A DNA stretch of 64,000 bases from an uncultured Acidobacteriota bacterium (GCA_963805975.1 CAWDVR010000001.1:704001-768000); one strand, 5' to 3'; counted from the stretch's first letter, positions 1 through 10,432 are shown. The notes: generated by a model not told the origin, from the letters alone. Made by a program: numbers and translations.

Positions 1-2433
1 GTAGAGGATGGTGCCGGTCGAGAAGATGCGCGGCGCGGTGATGATGCCGGCCTTGGCCATCTCGGAGGCGGCGAAGATCTCGCTGGTGTCGTTCGACGGG
101 TCGTGGAGCGTGGTGACGCCGAAGGCCAGGCTCGCGTAGTTCACCCAGCTCGCCTCGGGGATCACCTCGTCGCCGCCCATGCCGCCGTGCCAGTGGACGT
201 CGACCAGCCCCGGCAGCACCGTCTTGCCGGTCGCGTCGATGGTCCTGGTGCCCGCCGGCACCGTGACCTCGCCCTTCTTGCCCACGGCGGTGATGCGGTT
301 GCCGTCGACGAGCACCACGCCGTCCTCGATCACTTCGTCGCCCTTCATGGTGACCACGCGGCCGCCGGTGATGGCGAGGCGGCCCTGGGGCAAATCGCTC
401 TGCGCCTCGAAGCCGATCTTCACGCCTTCGGCGGCCGGCTCGGGCAGCTTCTCCGGCGCGCCGGGCTCGAAGGCGAAGGTCTCCTCCAGCTCGCGGGTGA
501 AGAGCTGGTCGCCGAGCGACCAGTGGAGGGCCCGCGAGTCGCCGGACCAGTGCAGGTACTCGCCGGCGTCACGCGACACCTTGGCGCCGGGGATGGCCTT
601 GGAGTCGGGCCCGATGTCGGCGGACTTGCCGATGGCCACGAAAGGCGCGACGTAGGCGTTGAAGCGCTCGGTGAAGGCGATCCACCGGCCGTCGGGTGAC
701 AGGCGCATCTCGGTGGCGTTCTCGCTCACCAGGTGCGTGCGCTCGTCGCTGCCGTCGAGCTCGATCGACTTGAAGGCGCGCTTGCCTTCGCCGGGCCGGC
801 CCACGAAGTAGACGCGCTTGCCGTCGGCGCCGAACTGCGGCTCGCGGCCCTCGGCAGTGATGCGCTCCGGGTCTCCGCCGGCCGCCGGCACCACGTAGAG
901 GCCGCCGTCACGGCCGTGGAAGGGGCTGGTCAGGACGTCGCCCCCGCCGCGGCGGAACACGATCTGCCGGCCGTCCGGGCTGAAGGTGGCCTCGGCGTAG
1001 TGGCCGGGCGCCTTGGTGACCACGCGGCCCTCGCCACCGGTGGCGGGCGCGACGCGCAGCGAGCCGAGCTGGCCGTCGTCCCAGGTCGAGTAGAGGATCG
1101 AGCGTCCGTCGCGCGAGAAGGTGGGGTAGAGCTCGAAGTGGTCGTTCTGCTTGGTGAGCCGCCGGGGCGTGCCGTTGGGCAGATCCTTGACGTAGAGGTG
1201 GCCCAGGGCCTGATAGACCACGCGCTCCCCCTTGGGCGCCACCTCCACCCAGCGCAGCATGCGCGTCGGGAAGCGGGCCGGCGCCACCTGCTGCGGGAAG
1301 CGCACCGCCTCGAGCACGCGGCGGCTCGACTGCACGTGGAACGGGATCTCGGCCGCGGCGCGCTTCGCCACGTCCAGACGGCGGAGCTTGCCCTGGGCCC
1401 AGAAGACGAGGGCCTTGCCGTCCGGGGTCCAGGCCATGCCGGGATAGACGCCGTGGATCGCCCAGGTCTCCTGCATGTCGCGCTCGAGGCCGTCGTAGAG
1501 CGCCTGCTCGCGCCCGGAGGCGAGGTCGGCCACGTGCAGCACGGTCTTGCCGCGCACCCGGCGGATGAAGGCGAGCGACTTGCCGTCCGGCGAGGGAGTG
1601 GGCCGGATGGCGCCGCCGGCGCCGTCGAGCAGCACTTCGATCTCGCCGGTCTCGCGGTCGAGCCGCTGGATGACGTAGATGCCGGCGTTGGGGTCCTTGT
1701 TGTACTCGAAGACGGGGCCGGGAGTGTCGTCCTGGCTGAAGTAGACGTAGCGGCCGTCGGGGGAGAAGGCCGGCTCGCCGACGTCCTTCTGGTCGTTGGG
1801 CTTCTCCGTGAGCTGCAGGCCGTCGCCGCCCGAGCGGTGGTAGAGCCAGATCTCGCCGGAGCCCAGCGAGCGCTCGGCCGTGAAGTGCTTGTGCGCCGCC
1901 AGGTACTGGCCGTCCGGCGACCAGACCGGGCTGTTGAGCAGGCGGAAGCTCTCCTTGCTCACCTGGCGCGGGTTCTTGCCGTCGCGGTCGATCAGCCAGA
2001 TGTTGTCGCCGCCGGCGCGGTCGGAGGTGAAGGCGATGGTCTTGCCGTCCGGCGAGAAGCGGGGCTGCATGTCCCAGGAGAGGCCCGAGGTGAGCGCCTT
2101 GGCTTCGCCGCCTCCGATGGGGATCGAGTAGAGGTCGCCGAGGAGGTCGAAGACGATCTCCTTGCCGTCCGGCGCGACGTCGAGCGACATCCAGGTGCCC
2201 TCGGTGACGTCGATCGCCACGTCGTGGCCCGGCTGGCCCGCCGGATTGTCCACGTCCCACTTCTTCTCGTCCTTCTTCTCGTCTTTTTTCTCGCCCTCGT
2301 TCTCGGCGCCCGCCTGCTCTTCGGCCGGCGGCGTGGGAGGCGGCTGGGCGGCGAGGCGCAGAGGAGCCGCCGAGAGCAGGGCGGCGAGAGTGAGCAGGAA
2401 GGTGAGGCTTGGGGTTCGAGGCTCGAGTTTCAT
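1..2433 (-). CDS. Secreted TolB/PD40 beta-propeller + amidohydrolase-family protein (C-terminus runs off the window start)
   Basis: Read manually from ATG 2433: MKLEPRTPSLTFLLTLAALLSAAPLRLAAQ signal, then GTWMSLDVAPDGK and QPRFSPDGK PD40 repeats, then GKTVLPGLVDVHWH (amidohydrolase HxH) and GVTTLHDP; frame open to position 1. Confidence 0.9.
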   Translation of the reverse strand, partial: MKLEPRTPSLTFLLTLAALLSAAPLRLAAQPPPTPPAEEQAGAENEGEKKDEKKDEKKWDVDNPAGQPGHDVAIDVTEGTWMSLDVAPDGKEIVFDLLGDLYSIPIGGGEAKALTSGLSWDMQPRFSPDGKTIAFTSDRAGGDNIWLIDRDGKNPRQVSKESFRLLNSPVWSPDGQYLAAHKHFTAERSLGSGEIWLYHRSGGDGLQLTEKPNDQKDVGEPAFSPDGRYVYFSQDDTPGPVFEYNKDPNAGIYVIQRLDRETGEIEVLLDGAGGAIRPTPSPDGKSLAFIRRVRGKTVLHVADLASGREQALYDGLERDMQETWAIHGVYPGMAWTPDGKALVFWAQGKLRRLDVAKRAAAEIPFHVQSSRRVLEAVRFPQQVAPARFPTRMLRWVEVAPKGERVVYQALGHLYVKDLPNGTPRRLTKQNDHFELYPTFSRDGRSILYSTWDDGQLGSLRVAPATGGEGRVVTKAPGHYAEATFSPDGRQIVFRRGGGDVLTSPFHGRDGGLYVVPAAGGDPERITAEGREPQFGADGKRVYFVGRPGEGKRAFKSIELDGSDERTHLVSENATEMRLSPDGRWIAFTERFNAYVAPFVAIGKSADIGPDSKAIPGAKVSRDAGEYLHWSGDSRALHWSLGDQLFTRELEETFAFEPGAPEKLPEPAAEGVKIGFEAQSDLPQGRLAITGGRVVTMKGDEVIEDGVVLVDGNRITAVGKKGEVTVPAGTRTIDATGKTVLPGLVDVHWHGGMGGDEVIPEASWVNYASLAFGVTTLHDPSNDTSEIFAASEMAKAGIITAPRIFSTGTILY

Positions 2434-3245
2434 GCCAGGGGTTCTCCGGAAGTGTCGAGGGCGAGCTCCGGCGCGGGCGCGGAGCGGTTGGGAAGACGGA
2501 GGAGGAACTCTTCGGCGAGCAGGCTGTAGGCCACGGCGCCTGTCGCGTGTGGATCGTAGTCGAAGATCGTCTGCCCGGCGCCCGGTGCCTCGGCGAGCCG
2601 CACGTTGACGCGGATCTCGACCGCGAAGACCTCGGTGCCGAAGCCCTCGCGGATCGCGTCCACCGTCGAGCGGGTGGCCTTGAGACGATAGTCCACCATG
2701 GTCAGCAGCAGGCCGAGGAGCGGCGCCTTGACGCCGACCCGGCTGGTGAGCCGCTGCGCCGCGGCGACCAGGTTCGAGACGCCTTCCCAGGCCAGATACT
2801 GCGGCACCACCGGCACGATGAAGCCGTCGGAGGCGACCAGCGCGTTGACCGGCAGCAGCGAGAGGGAAGGCGGGCAGTCGAGGAAGATGAAGTCGTAGTC
2901 GTCACGCACCGGGGCGATGCGGTCCGCGAGCCGGCGCTCCTTCTGGCGCAGCACGCCCAGCTCGAGGTCGGCGTGCAGGAGATCGACCGAGGCCGGCACC
3001 AGGTCGAGGCCGGGGGTCGCGGTCGGCCGGATGGCGTCGCGTACCGAGGTGTCCCCGAGCAGGATGTCGGCGGCCGAGCGGTCCGAGGTGCCGCGCCCGA
3101 GGCCCAGCGACAAGCTCGCGGAGCCCTGGCTATCGAGGTCGACGAGCAGCACACGGCGGCCGCGGCGAGCCAGGGCGGCGGCGAGGTTCACCGTGGTGGT
3201 GGTCTTGCCGACCCCACCCTTCTTGCTGACCAGCGCGACGATCAT
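2430..3245 (-). CDS. parA: ParA/Soj family ATPase (no parB nearby)
   Basis: KKGGVGKTTT deviant Walker A, VDLDSQG, FLDCPPSL, IRVNVRLAEAP; ATG 3245 within ORF 2430..4190; stop overlaps the amidohydrolase start. Confidence 0.9.
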   Translation of the reverse strand: MIVALVSKKGGVGKTTTTVNLAAALARRGRRVLLVDLDSQGSASLSLGLGRGTSDRSAADILLGDTSVRDAIRPTATPGLDLVPASVDLLHADLELGVLRQKERRLADRIAPVRDDYDFIFLDCPPSLSLLPVNALVASDGFIVPVVPQYLAWEGVSNLVAAAQRLTSRVGVKAPLLGLLLTMVDYRLKATRSTVDAIREGFGTEVFAVEIRVNVRLAEAPGAGQTIFDYDPHATGAVAYSLLAEEFLLRLPNRSAPAPELALDTSGEPLA

Positions 3246-3414
3246 GGATGAAGGGGTCCCTCGGAGCGAAAGGTGGCCTGTAATGTTTGGATTGTACTTT
3301 GTAGGCTGTTGGGTTTCAGGCGCCGGCACCGATTGGGGTTCCACGGGTCCCGCTCTCGATGCCGAGCGCCACTTTTTAGACAGACGCTGAACCCGGATAT
3401 GCCTGAGCGACTGT

Positions 3415-3443
3415 TTGACAGCAAAGGCATGCTGGCGTAGCTT
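3415..3443 (+). promoter_or_regulatory. Sigma70-type promoter for the VWA operon
   Basis: TTGACA (3415-3420), 17-nt spacer, TAGCTT (3438-3443), 40 nt upstream of ATG 3484. Confidence 0.6.
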
Positions 3444-3483
3444 GACCGCACGTTTTGAACGCTTCCTGTAGGCGAGGCCCGCC

Positions 3484-6400
3484 ATGAAAAAACGCCTCTT
3501 TGCGTCGCGCCGCAGGCGCAGCGGGTGTCCCCTGATCCCGCTGCTCGCCTTCTCCTCGCTCCTTCTCGCCTTCCCCGGCATGCGGCTCGCGGCCCAGACC
3601 GCCGGCTTCGAGGAAGCCGCTTCCGTAGTGATCGTCGAAGTGCCGGTGCAGGTGGTCGACGACAACGGCGAGCCGGTGCGCGGCCTGGGGCCAGAGAATT
3701 TCGTCATCACCGACGGACGCCGGCAGCGCGACATCCTGGACTTCGAGGTGATCGACCGCGCCACGGTGGGCCAGGGCACGCAAACGGCGAACGTGCCGCC
3801 CGCGGGCCGGCGGCACTTCCTCCTGCTCTTCGACCTTTCGTTCTCGGACCCTACTTCGATCCTCGCCGCACGGCAGGCGGCGCAGAGCGTGCTCGACCGT
3901 ATGCACCCGACCGACCTGGTGGCGGTCGGCACCTTCACCCTGCTGCGCGGCACCGAGCTGATCCTCCGCTTCACCTCCGACCGCAAGCAGGCCGGGATCG
4001 CCATCGAGACGCTCGGCTCGCCGCAGGTGGTGGACCGCAGCCCGGACCCGCTGGGGCTGATGATCAGCAGCCCGCGGCCGGAAGTCGGCGCAACCATGGG
4101 TGGCGGGGTCGCGGCGGAGAACAAGGCGGACCGCTCGGCGATGGTCGAGGAGCACCTGCGCGACCTGGAGGATCTGTCGGCGAAGAACAACCGCGCGGCG
4201 CAGGAGGGCCGGGTGCAGGGCCTGGTGCGCTCGATGGCGGACCTGGCCGGCCTGATGCGCGCGGTGGAGGGCCGGAAGTACGTGGTCTACCTGTCGGAGG
4301 GCTTCGACAGCAAGATCCTGCTCGGCGAGGGCGGCCAGGACGAGGACCGCAGCCGCGCCATCGAGTCCGGCGAGCTGTGGGACGTGTCGACCGACGAGAT
4401 GTTCGGCAGCGGGCGCCTCCAGAACAGCCTGGAGAAGATGCTCGAAGAGTTCCGCCGCGCCGACTGCACCATCCAGGCGGTGGACATCGGCCGCCTGCGC
4501 GGGCAGGGCGAGGGGCCGTCCATGGCCGGTGGCCAGGAGGGCCTCTTCGCCATGGCCAAGGGCACGGGCGGCGAGCTCTACCGCAACTTCAACGACCTGG
4601 GCGAGGCGATGGGCAAGATGCTGGAGAAGACCAGCGTCACCTACCTCCTCACCTTCCAGCCCGAGGATCTGCTGGCCGACGGCAGCTACCGCCCGATCAA
4701 GGTGCGGCTGCAAAACGCGCCGCGCGGCGCCCGCCTGGTGCATCGCCCCGGCTACTTCGCGCCCAAGCCCGAGGGCCAGACCTCTCCCGAAGAGCAGCGC
4801 CTGCAACTGGCGTCGAAGCTCCTGGCCGGCGAGCCCGGCGGCACCCTGGGCGTCTCGGTGCTGGCCGTGCCGTTCAAGGTTGCGGGCGCCAAGGCGGCGG
4901 TGCCGGTGCTGATCGAGGTGGACGGCAAGCGTCTGGCCGGGCGCGCCACCACCGGCAGCGTCACGACCGAGATCTACGCTTACGCCCTCGATCCGGCGGG
5001 CGGGGTGGCCGACTACTTCTTCCAGACCTTGGATCTCGACCTGGGCAAGCTCGGCCCGCGGCTCGCCACCGGCGGCATCAAGCTCTACGGCCGCTTCGAC
5101 CTCGATCCAGGGAGCTACAACGTCCGCGTGCTGGTGCGAAACGGCGCGCAGAACACGACCGGCGTGTCCACGGCGTCGCTCGAGGTGCCGGCCTTCGAGC
5201 CGGGCAGCCTGGTGCTGCTGCCGCCGCTGGTGCCCGAGATGGTGCTCGACAAGTGGTTGATGGTGCGCCAGCCCCCCACTCCGGGCGAGCCGGAGCTCGC
5301 CTACCCGTTCACGCTCGGAGAAGGCGAGTCCTTCATCCCGGCCGTGGTGCCGGTCGTCGCCGGCGGCAAGCCGGTGCAGGTGGGCGTCTTCGCCTACGGC
5401 GCCGGCGAGGAATCGCCGTCGCTCTCGGCCGAGATCCGAAACGCCCAGGGCGACGTGGTGCTCGGCCGGCAGTTGCCGGTGCTGGCCCGCTATCCGGCTA
5501 CCGCGGACGGCCCCACGCATTTCCTCGCCGCGCTGGAAGTGGCCGGCGTGGCGCCCGGTGACTACACGCTCGCGGTCGGCATCGCCGACAACAAGTCCGG
5601 CCGCCGCGATCTCGCCACCATTCCGGTCCGGATCGAGGCCGGGCCGCCGGGCGCCGGCGGCTCGACCATGGTGGTCGACGGTCTGCCGCCCGTCGTGGAT
5701 CCTTCCGCAGAGGCCGACAGAGGCCCGAGCGTCAAGGACCGCGAGCGCATCCCGCAGCTCGAGAATGCCTACCACGAGGTGCTGACCAAGCTCTCGAGCG
5801 GTTTCGAGCGCGACGCCGCCGAGGCCCTGCAGGCGATGGAGAAGGCCGAGTCCAAGGCCACGGACGATCTGCTGCTCGAGGTCCTGCACGGCGCCGAGAT
5901 GACGGTCGCCCGCCAGCTCGCCCGCCAGGCGCCCGACGCCCTGATCCCCGTGGTGCTGCTCCACGAGTCGCTCTACATCGGCTACCGCGACCGCGAGGAG
6001 CGGCTGCTGGCACGCCACAGCCGCTCCATGGTGCAGCAGCTGGCCGAGCTCTACGTCGAGGCCGGCGGCACTCCCACCTCGGTGGCGGCGAACGTCTTCA
6101 CCAGCCTCGGCGGCTCCTTGCAGCAGGCGGGGCTCACCTCCTCGGCCAACAGCCTGTTCCTGCGCGCCTTGGATCTGGAGAAGGGCAACGAGGGCGCGTT
6201 GCTCTCGCTCGCCGTGTACTCGGAGAAGGTCTCGGACTACGGCAAGGCGGTCTCCTACCTCGAGAAGCTGGTCGACCTCCACCCGGGCAACAGCGAAGCC
6301 TGGCTGCGCCTGGGCATCAACCTGCAGCGCCTGGAGCGCACGGCAGCGGCGCAGCGCTGGTTGCAGCGGTCGCGGTCGCCCGAGGCCCTGGAGTGGGTGC

Positions 6401-6744
6401 GGGCCCTGGCCTACGAGGAGCTCGCCGCCATCGCCCAGCAGGGCGGCGACCTGCAGCAGGCGGAGACGCTGCTGCGAGAAGGGATCGACCAGGTACCGAG
6501 CGACCAGCGGCTCTACCTCCAGCTCGCCAACGTCCTCGACCGCCGCGGCCAGATCCGCGCCGCGCTGGTGGCGCTCGACGGGCTGCAGCCGACCGCCAGC
6601 GAGTCCCCCCGCATGCGCTACAACCGCTGGCCTGCCGCCGCCCTCGAGCGCAGCCGGCTGGAGCTCAAGAACACGGCGTCGAGCCGCCTGCCGGTGCTGG
6701 CGCGGGTGGTGAACGATCTCGCCAGGACGGAGTGGGCCCGATGA
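3484..6744 (+). CDS. Exported VWA-domain protein (Acidobacteria-type) with Ig-like middle region and C-terminal TPRs
   Basis: Signal peptide; VIVEVPVQVVDDNGEPVRGLGPENF, LLLFDLSFS (MIDAS), GRKYVVYLSEGF, TGGELY, RPGYFAP; TPRs (AWLRLGINL). Confidence 0.85.
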   Translation: MKKRLFASRRRRSGCPLIPLLAFSSLLLAFPGMRLAAQTAGFEEAASVVIVEVPVQVVDDNGEPVRGLGPENFVITDGRRQRDILDFEVIDRATVGQGTQTANVPPAGRRHFLLLFDLSFSDPTSILAARQAAQSVLDRMHPTDLVAVGTFTLLRGTELILRFTSDRKQAGIAIETLGSPQVVDRSPDPLGLMISSPRPEVGATMGGGVAAENKADRSAMVEEHLRDLEDLSAKNNRAAQEGRVQGLVRSMADLAGLMRAVEGRKYVVYLSEGFDSKILLGEGGQDEDRSRAIESGELWDVSTDEMFGSGRLQNSLEKMLEEFRRADCTIQAVDIGRLRGQGEGPSMAGGQEGLFAMAKGTGGELYRNFNDLGEAMGKMLEKTSVTYLLTFQPEDLLADGSYRPIKVRLQNAPRGARLVHRPGYFAPKPEGQTSPEEQRLQLASKLLAGEPGGTLGVSVLAVPFKVAGAKAAVPVLIEVDGKRLAGRATTGSVTTEIYAYALDPAGGVADYFFQTLDLDLGKLGPRLATGGIKLYGRFDLDPGSYNVRVLVRNGAQNTTGVSTASLEVPAFEPGSLVLLPPLVPEMVLDKWLMVRQPPTPGEPELAYPFTLGEGESFIPAVVPVVAGGKPVQVGVFAYGAGEESPSLSAEIRNAQGDVVLGRQLPVLARYPATADGPTHFLAALEVAGVAPGDYTLAVGIADNKSGRRDLATIPVRIEAGPPGAGGSTMVVDGLPPVVDPSAEADRGPSVKDRERIPQLENAYHEVLTKLSSGFERDAAEALQAMEKAESKATDDLLLEVLHGAEMTVARQLARQAPDALIPVVLLHESLYIGYRDREERLLARHSRSMVQQLAELYVEAGGTPTSVAANVFTSLGGSLQQAGLTSSANSLFLRALDLEKGNEGALLSLAVYSEKVSDYGKAVSYLEKLVDLHPGNSEAWLRLGINLQRLERTAAAQRWLQRSRSPEALEWVRALAYEELAAIAQQGGDLQQAETLLREGIDQVPSDQRLYLQLANVLDRRGQIRAALVALDGLQPTASESPRMRYNRWPAAALERSRLELKNTASSRLPVLARVVNDLARTEWAR

Positions 6745-7940
6745 AGACCTCGACGCTGACCCTGCTGACCTCCGCGCTCGCCACCGCCGCGCTCCTCGCT
6801 CTGCCGGGCGGCGCGGCGCCGCCGGCCACCGGCGCGATTCGCGTCGCCATCACCTATCCGGGCGACGGCGACAACTCCTACGGCGAGTTCGAGCTGGCGG
6901 CGAACGTCGAGGCTGGCGAGCCGATCCAGGCGGTCGAGTTCTACATCGACGGCCAGCTCAGGGGCCGGGTCACCACGCCGCCTTACAAGCTCAAGGTGGA
7001 CGTGGGCTGGGAGAACCAGGAGCACCACTACCGCGTGGTGGCCATCGGGGCCTCCGGCGCCACCGCCGAGGCGCGCCGCATGACGCGGGCCGTGGCCGTG
7101 GACGACAACGTGACCATCCAGCTCCGCCAGCTCTACGTCACGGTGGGGAGCGGCGGCACGCGCAACCCGGGCCTCGAGCGCCACGACTTCGAGATCTTCG
7201 ACGAGGGCAGGAAGCAGGAGACCATCACCTTCGAGCGTGGCGACGCGCCGATCACCGCGGTCGTGCTGCTGGACACCAGCGAGAGCATGAAGGGCTCCCT
7301 GCTCGACAAGGCGCTCGAGGGCGCCCGGGTCTTCGTCAGGGGCTTGAAGGGCCTCGACCAGGGCATGATCGTCCGCTTTTCGGACCGCATGCTCGCGGCT
7401 TCCGACTTCTCGAGCGACTCCGCCGAGCTCAGCGGCGTGCTGCGCACCGGGACCGCCGAGGGCGGCTCGGCGATCAACGACCATCTCTACCTCGCGCTGA
7501 AGCGGCTCGACGGCCAGCCCGGCCGTCCGGTGGTGGTGCTGCTCTCCGACGGCATCGACGTCCACAGCGCGCTGCCGATGCGGGAAGTGGTGTGGAAGGC
7601 GACCCGCAGCCAAGCCCTGATCTACTGGATCCAGCTCAAGGCCGAGGGCAAGAGCAGCGGCGACACTCTCTCGACCGCGTGGCGCAGCGGCGACCAGCAG
7701 AAGGAAGAGATGACGCGCCTCACCGAGGCGGTGGAGCAGAGCGGCGGCGAGATCCTGCCCATCACGCGACCCGACGAGCTGACCCACGCCTTCGCCACCG
7801 TGCTCGCCGACCTGCGCGCGCAGTACGTGCTCGGCTACTACCCGTCGAACGCCCTGGGTGACGGAAGCTGGCACAAGGTGCGGGTGGCCGTGAAGGGCAC
7901 CGATCGCGTGCGACACCGCGGCGGCTACGTGGACAACTAG
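6741..7940 (+). CDS. Exported Ig-like + VWA-domain protein
   Basis: ATGA overlap with the upstream stop; signal peptide; VEFYIDG...PPY Ig-like part; LLDTSESM MIDAS, VLLSDG, QYVLGYYP. Confidence 0.85.
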   Translation: MKTSTLTLLTSALATAALLALPGGAAPPATGAIRVAITYPGDGDNSYGEFELAANVEAGEPIQAVEFYIDGQLRGRVTTPPYKLKVDVGWENQEHHYRVVAIGASGATAEARRMTRAVAVDDNVTIQLRQLYVTVGSGGTRNPGLERHDFEIFDEGRKQETITFERGDAPITAVVLLDTSESMKGSLLDKALEGARVFVRGLKGLDQGMIVRFSDRMLAASDFSSDSAELSGVLRTGTAEGGSAINDHLYLALKRLDGQPGRPVVVLLSDGIDVHSALPMREVVWKATRSQALIYWIQLKAEGKSSGDTLSTAWRSGDQQKEEMTRLTEAVEQSGGEILPITRPDELTHAFATVLADLRAQYVLGYYPSNALGDGSWHKVRVAVKGTDRVRHRGGYVDN

Positions 7941-8029
7941 GAGCGCCTACCAAGACCTGCGCCGCGGCCAAGCCGCTGTGTAGGGCTCGCCACGGCCTCG
8001 ATAGCGCTCTACTGGCTACTTTTGTCTAC

Positions 8030-9496
8030 TCAATTGTCGCCCTGTGCCGGGGCAGTGACCGGCAGGCCAGCGAGAGCTGCATCCCGGTTGGGCTTCGCCA
8101 GCGGATGGTCCGGCATGATGGCGAGCGCCTTGTCGAAGTACTCGACGCTCGCCTGGTTCTCCCCCAGACGATAGAGAAAGTGGCCGTAGGTGTTGTATAT
8201 CGACGAGTCTCGGACCGGAAGTGTCGGCTCCAGCGCCAGGGCCTTTTGATACGCCGCCCTGGCCTTCTCGTGGTTGCCCAGGTTGTCGTTCGCGAGGCCG
8301 AGGTTGAACCAGGCCAGGTAGGAGCTCGGGTGACGCTGGACGAGGGCTTCGAAATCGTGCTTCGCGCCGGCCGAATCTCCCGACATCCGCCGTAGGCGGG
8401 CTTCCTGGAGAAGGAGCGCATCCTCCTCGGGGAAGCTCGTCAGGGCTTCCCCGAGCAGCGTAGCGTAGAGGTTCTCTCTCTGTAGCTGGTAGCTCGCGAC
8501 AGGCGTCTGGAGGCTCATGAGATTCTTGCCGATCTCCTCGGGAACACTCACGTTCTGCCGCACGCCGTAGAGCGCGGCACCCGAAGCCAGCTCCTTGGCG
8601 CTGACCCGGACCAGCGTGTAGTAGCGGTAGAGGCCGCTCTGCGGGTCGCGGGCGAAGGCTGAGCGGACCTCTTCCAGATCCTGGGCGAGGAACGTCGCGA
8701 AGTCCTTGGAGTCGATACCGGCGGCCTCAGGTGTGCTGCTCTCGATGCGGCTGCTGAAGAAACGGATCGCTTCTCCGGCGGCGTTCTTCCGTGAGAGCTC
8801 GCGGGCCTGTCCGAGCGACGAGCTGGTGCCGCTGGCCGTGAAGAACTGCGCGTCGCCGGTGAGCTGCGGTGGCTCCCGCACCCAGGCCGGTACGACCTGC
8901 TCGGGGTCCTGGGCGAACGCCGGCTGCGTGAAGAGCCCGAGGGCTGCGGCGATCGGCAGAGAGTCGACGGAGAAGCGAGCAGCCGTCTTCTCGGCAGACG
9001 ACTTGCCGTCTAGCTCGGCCGCGATCCGGTCGACGGCGCGGAGCGATTCCCGGAAACTGTCGATATACGCCTCGCGATCATCGAATCCTGCGGGCAGCTC
9101 CTGCTGGAGCTTCAGGTCGGCATCCTCGAGGTGGGGTCGCGCACGGTGGCAGGCCGCATTGAGGGTGCCTCTGTCGATCTCGTAGACGGTCGCCTTGACG
9201 ACGGTGATCGCACCGACCAGGATGCCGGCGACGGCCGAGCCCACTTTCGTGACCTTTGCGGTCTTCACCGGCTGGAGAGCCGTGACCGCGAGCCCGAGGA
9301 GTCCGGTGGCGACGGCGAGGCCGAGAACGACCTTGGCGTCCCAGGCCCAGCCCGTGACCATCTCCCGCCGTTCCTCGAGCTGTACTTTCAGCGTGGCAAG
9401 GGCGGGGCTCTCGGTCTGAGCGGCCAGGGCTCCCGCGGCGATGGTCGCCCAGACCGAGATCAACAGCACCAGCGCGAGTCGGTGACGGCAGGTCAT
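8030..9496 (-). CDS. Membrane/exported protein: two TM helices, LPP20-like domain, C-terminal TPRs
   Basis: Signal peptide, two hydrophobic helices, PAWVREPP...QARELSRKNA (LPP20-like), AWFNLGLA and IYNTYGHFLY TPRs. Confidence 0.65.
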   Translation of the reverse strand: MTCRHRLALVLLISVWATIAAGALAAQTESPALATLKVQLEERREMVTGWAWDAKVVLGLAVATGLLGLAVTALQPVKTAKVTKVGSAVAGILVGAITVVKATVYEIDRGTLNAACHRARPHLEDADLKLQQELPAGFDDREAYIDSFRESLRAVDRIAAELDGKSSAEKTAARFSVDSLPIAAALGLFTQPAFAQDPEQVVPAWVREPPQLTGDAQFFTASGTSSSLGQARELSRKNAAGEAIRFFSSRIESSTPEAAGIDSKDFATFLAQDLEEVRSAFARDPQSGLYRYYTLVRVSAKELASGAALYGVRQNVSVPEEIGKNLMSLQTPVASYQLQRENLYATLLGEALTSFPEEDALLLQEARLRRMSGDSAGAKHDFEALVQRHPSSYLAWFNLGLANDNLGNHEKARAAYQKALALEPTLPVRDSSIYNTYGHFLYRLGENQASVEYFDKALAIMPDHPLAKPNRDAALAGLPVTAPAQGDN

Positions 9497-9607
9497 GGTT
9501 CCTCCGTTGGAATGTGCTCTCGATTTGGACGGACGTGGGCCAGTTTCTTCTCACCAGGCACCGGGCGGAGCCTCTCGAAAAGGTGTGCCGCGCTATCATC
9601 CGGCGCC

Positions 9608-10432
9608 ATGTCGCCCGCGGACGCGATTCACATCCGCTCCTTCTCCTCCGACGCCGACTACGAGGACTGCCTGGCCTTGCAGATGGCGGTGTGGGGGGAG
9701 GACATGCGCGAGTGCGTCCCGCCCCGCATCCAGAAGATCAGCCAGCAGGTGGGGAGCGTCGCTGCCGGCGCCTTCGACGGGCAGCGGCTGGTCGGTTTCG
9801 TCTGGGGCCTGACCGGCGTGCGCAGCGGCCGGTTGGCGCACTGGTCCCACATGCTGGGCGTCCTCCCCGAGGCGCGCGACGGCAATCTCGGCCGCCGGCT
9901 GAAGCTCTTCCAACGGCGGGAGCTGCTCGCGATCGGGGTCGAAGCCGTGTACTGGACCTTCGATCCTCTCGAGAGCCGCAACGCTCATCTGAACTTCAAC
10001 CGGCTCGGCGTCGAGGTGGAGAAGTACGTGCAGGACTACTACGGCAGCGGTGCCACCAGCCACCTGCACAGCGGCCTCGGCACCGATCGCTTCATCGTCG
10101 CCTGGCACCTCGAGAGCGGGAAGACCACCCGCGCCCTGGCGGACGAGCTGCCCGGCGACATCGCTGGCTACGAGCGGGCGCCGGTCGCCAACAGCCTCCT
10201 CTCCGACGACGGCCGCCCGATGCCGGTCGAGTGCGATCCGCCCTCTGTACCGATGCTGCGGATCGAGGTGCCGGTCCACATTCAGGACGTGAAAGCGGCC
10301 GATCCCGAGGCCGGTGCCGCCTGGCGGCGCTCGACCCGCCGCGCCTTCGAGGCTTCTCTCGCCCGGGGCCTGAAGATCGAGGCGTTCTATCGTTCGCCGG
10401 TTTCCGGCCGCAGCTTCTACGTCGCATGCTGA
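9608..10432 (+). CDS. GNAT-family acyltransferase (probable D-amino acid N-succinyltransferase)
   Basis: WSHMLGVLP, LGRRLKLFQR, WTFDPLESRNAHLNF, TDRFIVAW; typical of GNATs adjacent to NSAR/OSBS genes. Confidence 0.8.
   Translation: MSPADAIHIRSFSSDADYEDCLALQMAVWGEDMRECVPPRIQKISQQVGSVAAGAFDGQRLVGFVWGLTGVRSGRLAHWSHMLGVLPEARDGNLGRRLKLFQRRELLAIGVEAVYWTFDPLESRNAHLNFNRLGVEVEKYVQDYYGSGATSHLHSGLGTDRFIVAWHLESGKTTRALADELPGDIAGYERAPVANSLLSDDGRPMPVECDPPSVPMLRIEVPVHIQDVKAADPEAGAAWRRSTRRAFEASLARGLKIEAFYRSPVSGRSFYVAC

Noticed and set aside
733-2529. 598-aa plus-strand ORF
   Set aside because: Antisense shadow of the TolB-amidohydrolase; long shadow ORFs are expected at this GC content
3376-6282. 968-aa minus-strand ORF
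   Set aside because: Antisense to the VWA gene, no recognisable motifs
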